Of a stretch of DNA of 64,000 bases, positions 61,720 to 64,000 are shown one piece after another. The notes below the pieces were generated by a model. It was not told the DNA's origin. It saw nothing but the letters and a program-made list of their open reading frames with translations, and ran no database searches. This DNA comes from Dehalococcoidia bacterium (GTDB lineage Bacteria > Chloroflexota > Dehalococcoidia > Lucifugimonadales > UBA3495), in NCBI GenBank assembly GCA_963668585.1, contig OY764869.1, forward strand, positions 861,212-925,211, read 5' to 3'. Made by a program: the position numbers and the translations under genes. Positions within the stretch are counted from its first letter, which is position 1. Each line of letters opens with the position of its first letter.

Positions 61720-62079
61720 TTGACCACCCAGCAATACCGACAAGCCAGCGAAAGATTCATGGCGCAGGCCAGGCGCGAACTTGCCGACGGAGACCTGGCG
61801 CAGGCGTCTGAGAAGGGCTGGGGCGCTGCTGCCCAGATGCTCAAGGCCATTGCCCAACAGCGCGGCTGGGAACACAGCCGGCACCGCCACCACCTGGTCA
61901 CGGCAAGCCGGCTCAGGTCCGAAACCGGCGACGGCGACATCCGCCGCCTGTTCGCTGTGGCCAGCGTGCTCCACGAGAACTTCTACGAAAACGTCTTGCC
62001 ACCTGACCAAATAGCCGAAAACCTGGACGACGTCCAAGCCCTGCTGACCAAGCTGAGGCCGCTGCTGGACGTGACGTAG
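61720..62079 (+). CDS. PaREP1-family (HEPN-like) protein, copy 2
   Basis: SD GAGGAG before TTG; QASEKGWGAAAQM, LHENFYE. Confidence 0.78.
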   Translation: MTTQQYRQASERFMAQARRELADGDLAQASEKGWGAAAQMLKAIAQQRGWEHSRHRHHLVTASRLRSETGDGDIRRLFAVASVLHENFYENVLPPDQIAENLDDVQALLTKLRPLLDVT

Positions 62080-62170
62080 TCCCAGCGCTCTGACGCGCCG
62101 AGCAGCTAAAACGCCTCGAGAGGATGTCATTCGCCTTGACATATCGGGGGCTGCGGGGCATCGTTGATTC

Positions 62171-63424
62171 ATGCGCGCGTTACTGGCCGGCATCTCCGGC
62201 GTCAACAAGGACATCGTGGTCGCAAACCTGGTCAGCCGCCTGCGCGCCAACGGCGACATCGGACACGACACTGCCGCGCAGGTCCATCCACCGGCCGACA
62301 CGGATCCTGACCCCGCCGAACTGCTGCACTCCAGCGTCGAAACGGTGTTCGCGCAGCAGGGCAACGACCTGGCCAGCACGCTGGCGGCCTTTCGCCCGAG
62401 CTATCAACTGGCGGCGTGGCAACGGGCCGGCCTGGCCATCGCCGAGCAGATGGAGGACCTGGACCCGCGCCACAGCCTTCTATCCGCGCACCTCACCTAC
62501 TACACCAGCGGCCGGCAGTTCTCCCTCATCGACATTCCGACCATCCGGCGGTGGCGTCCCGACTGCATCATCACGCTGGTTGACGATATGCTGGACATTC
62601 GGGCCGCGCTGGCCCGCCGGGACGCCGAGCAGCACACCAATTTCCAACTGAGGCTGCGGGAGATCCTGGCGTGGCGTTCGGCTGAAATCGCCATGGCCGA
62701 CCTGCTGGCCCGCAACCTGTACGAGCGGCGGACGATCCCGCACTACGTGGTTGGGGTCAAGCATCCGGCGGAGATGCTGTACCGGCTAATCTTCCACCGG
62801 CGCCGCTTCCCGTTGGTGTATTCCAGCTTTCCCATCACGGCCATCCGCGACGACGACGACCGACGCGCCAGCGTTGATGCCATTCGCCGGGAACTGCACC
62901 GGCGGTTCATCGTTTTCGATCCCCTGACCCTTGATGAGGGCACGCCGCAGGTGTTCGACAAGGCGCGTGCCGCCTGCGTCGACGGCGTGCCGGAAATCAA
63001 CATCACCACCGACGAGGCGCGTTGGCCCCTGGACAACGCCGGCACGCTAAAGGATGGGCTGCCGCCGGCCTTCCCCATGACGCTGGATCCGCAGGAGGCG
63101 CTGGAGGTGTGGGACGACATGGAAAACCAGGTGCGGCACCGCGACCTGACCATGGTTGAACAGGCCCAGTGCGTCGCCGCCTACCGCATCACCATGGGCG
63201 GGCGGCTTTCCACCGGGATGTACTCCGAGTTGATGTATGCCTCGCACACGGCGGAACCAGCGCGCCCGGTGCTGATGTACGCTGACCCTGAGGACGGCGG
63301 GCTGGATCATCCCTTCCTGCGCAACTTCAACCACCGCACCTACCAAACCGTTGACGACTGGTTCGATGCCATCACGAACATAGTCCCGATCGACCGCGAC
63401 AACTCGCAACGGCCGCTGTTCTGA
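62171..63424 (+). CDS. Nucleotide-kinase-like P-loop domain fused to a nucleoside 2-deoxyribosyltransferase-like domain
   Basis: N-terminal GISGVNK; C-terminal VYSSFPI...FDP...RDL.MV.QA....AY...STG...EL.YA, an NDT-type pattern. Confidence 0.55.
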   Translation: MRALLAGISGVNKDIVVANLVSRLRANGDIGHDTAAQVHPPADTDPDPAELLHSSVETVFAQQGNDLASTLAAFRPSYQLAAWQRAGLAIAEQMEDLDPRHSLLSAHLTYYTSGRQFSLIDIPTIRRWRPDCIITLVDDMLDIRAALARRDAEQHTNFQLRLREILAWRSAEIAMADLLARNLYERRTIPHYVVGVKHPAEMLYRLIFHRRRFPLVYSSFPITAIRDDDDRRASVDAIRRELHRRFIVFDPLTLDEGTPQVFDKARAACVDGVPEINITTDEARWPLDNAGTLKDGLPPAFPMTLDPQEALEVWDDMENQVRHRDLTMVEQAQCVAAYRITMGGRLSTGMYSELMYASHTAEPARPVLMYADPEDGGLDHPFLRNFNHRTYQTVDDWFDAITNIVPIDRDNSQRPLF

Positions 63425-63427
63425 GGG

Positions 63428-63540
63428 CAGGGCCATTCGATTATTGACCGTATATGAGGCAGTCCGCTCATCGTTCTGGTAGTCCGCTCGTCCTTCGACA
63501 GGCTCAGGATGAGCGGACGGTGAACAGGCAACCCGAACAA
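63428..63540. mobile_element. Partial copy of the 24418-type MITE
   Basis: CAGGGCCATTCGAT left end and TTGACC.TA.ATGAGGCAGTCCGCTCATC shared with 24418-24490; no right end seen. Confidence 0.6.
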
Positions 63541-63552
63541 ATGCCACCATTA

Positions 63553-63561
63553 TGTTATAAT
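63553..63561 (+). promoter_or_regulatory. Extended -10 promoter candidate
   Basis: TG-T-TATAAT 57 nt upstream of ATG 63618. Confidence 0.45.
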
Positions 63562-63617
63562 GCCAATCGGAACCTCAGAGCGGTATAACGCTGCCTCCCC
63601 GTACAGGACACGCGCCG

Positions 63618-63974
63618 ATGCAGACGCAAACATATAGCAACGCCGGCCGGGCTCTGCTGACCCAGGGGTACGAAGAGTTGGGACGCGGAGACACTCGGCA
63701 GGCATCCGAAAAAGGTTGGGGAGCAGCGGCCCAGATGGTGAAGGCCATTGCGGAAGCCCGGGGCTGGGAACACAAGCGCCACGCAGCCTTATGGCAGATC
63801 GCGAGACAACTGACTGCCGAGACCGGGGACCCTGATTTCCGCAGATTGTTCCAGGTGGCGAGCGACCTGCACACCAATTTTTACGAGAATCTGTACGATG
63901 CGGAGTTCGTAGGCGAAAGCCTGGGCGATGTCCGGCTCTTTTTGGACAAGCTGGAACCGTTGTTGGAAAGGTGA
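63618..63974 (+). CDS. PaREP1-family (HEPN-like) protein, copy 3
   Basis: QASEKGWGAAAQM, LHTNFYE. Confidence 0.8.
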   Translation: MQTQTYSNAGRALLTQGYEELGRGDTRQASEKGWGAAAQMVKAIAEARGWEHKRHAALWQIARQLTAETGDPDFRRLFQVASDLHTNFYENLYDAEFVGESLGDVRLFLDKLEPLLER

Positions 63975-64000
63975 CCGGGCAATTTGACGCGATTGCCCCA

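Overview
A GC-rich bacterial chromosomal segment. Four luciferase-like monooxygenases, several alpha/beta hydrolases, a Gram-positive-type LexA box and many small repeats suggest Chloroflexota, probably Dehalococcoidia/SAR202-like and possibly host-associated (inference only). Bases 1-14 kb carry an Alternative Complex III operon with a split ActB, two NrfD-type subunits and tandem ActD, followed by cytochrome c maturation genes. The rest is a mosaic of catabolic enzymes, gcvT/gcvH, pepC, toxin-antitoxin pairs, secreted low-complexity proteins and REP/MITE repeats. The best hidden signals are: (1) a UGA-readthrough selenoprotein (20168-21889, UGGC motif plus a SECIS-like hairpin) that the ORF track splits in two, with a selenocysteine-lyase-like NifS about 5 kb away; (2) an unannotated ~300-370 nt intergenic element (33750-34130) with a fully nested set of helices and a possible pseudoknot, matching no RNA family I recognise; (3) a nucleotide-kinase-like/NDT-like fusion between two solo PaREP1/HEPN-like genes; (4) a strand-composition switch near 24-28 kb; (5) a LexA box upstream of an orphan DNA-repair radical SAM gene. 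Three single-base frameshifts may be assembly errors. No tRNA, rRNA, CRISPR array or transposase was found. All family assignments come from motif recognition by eye, not database searches.
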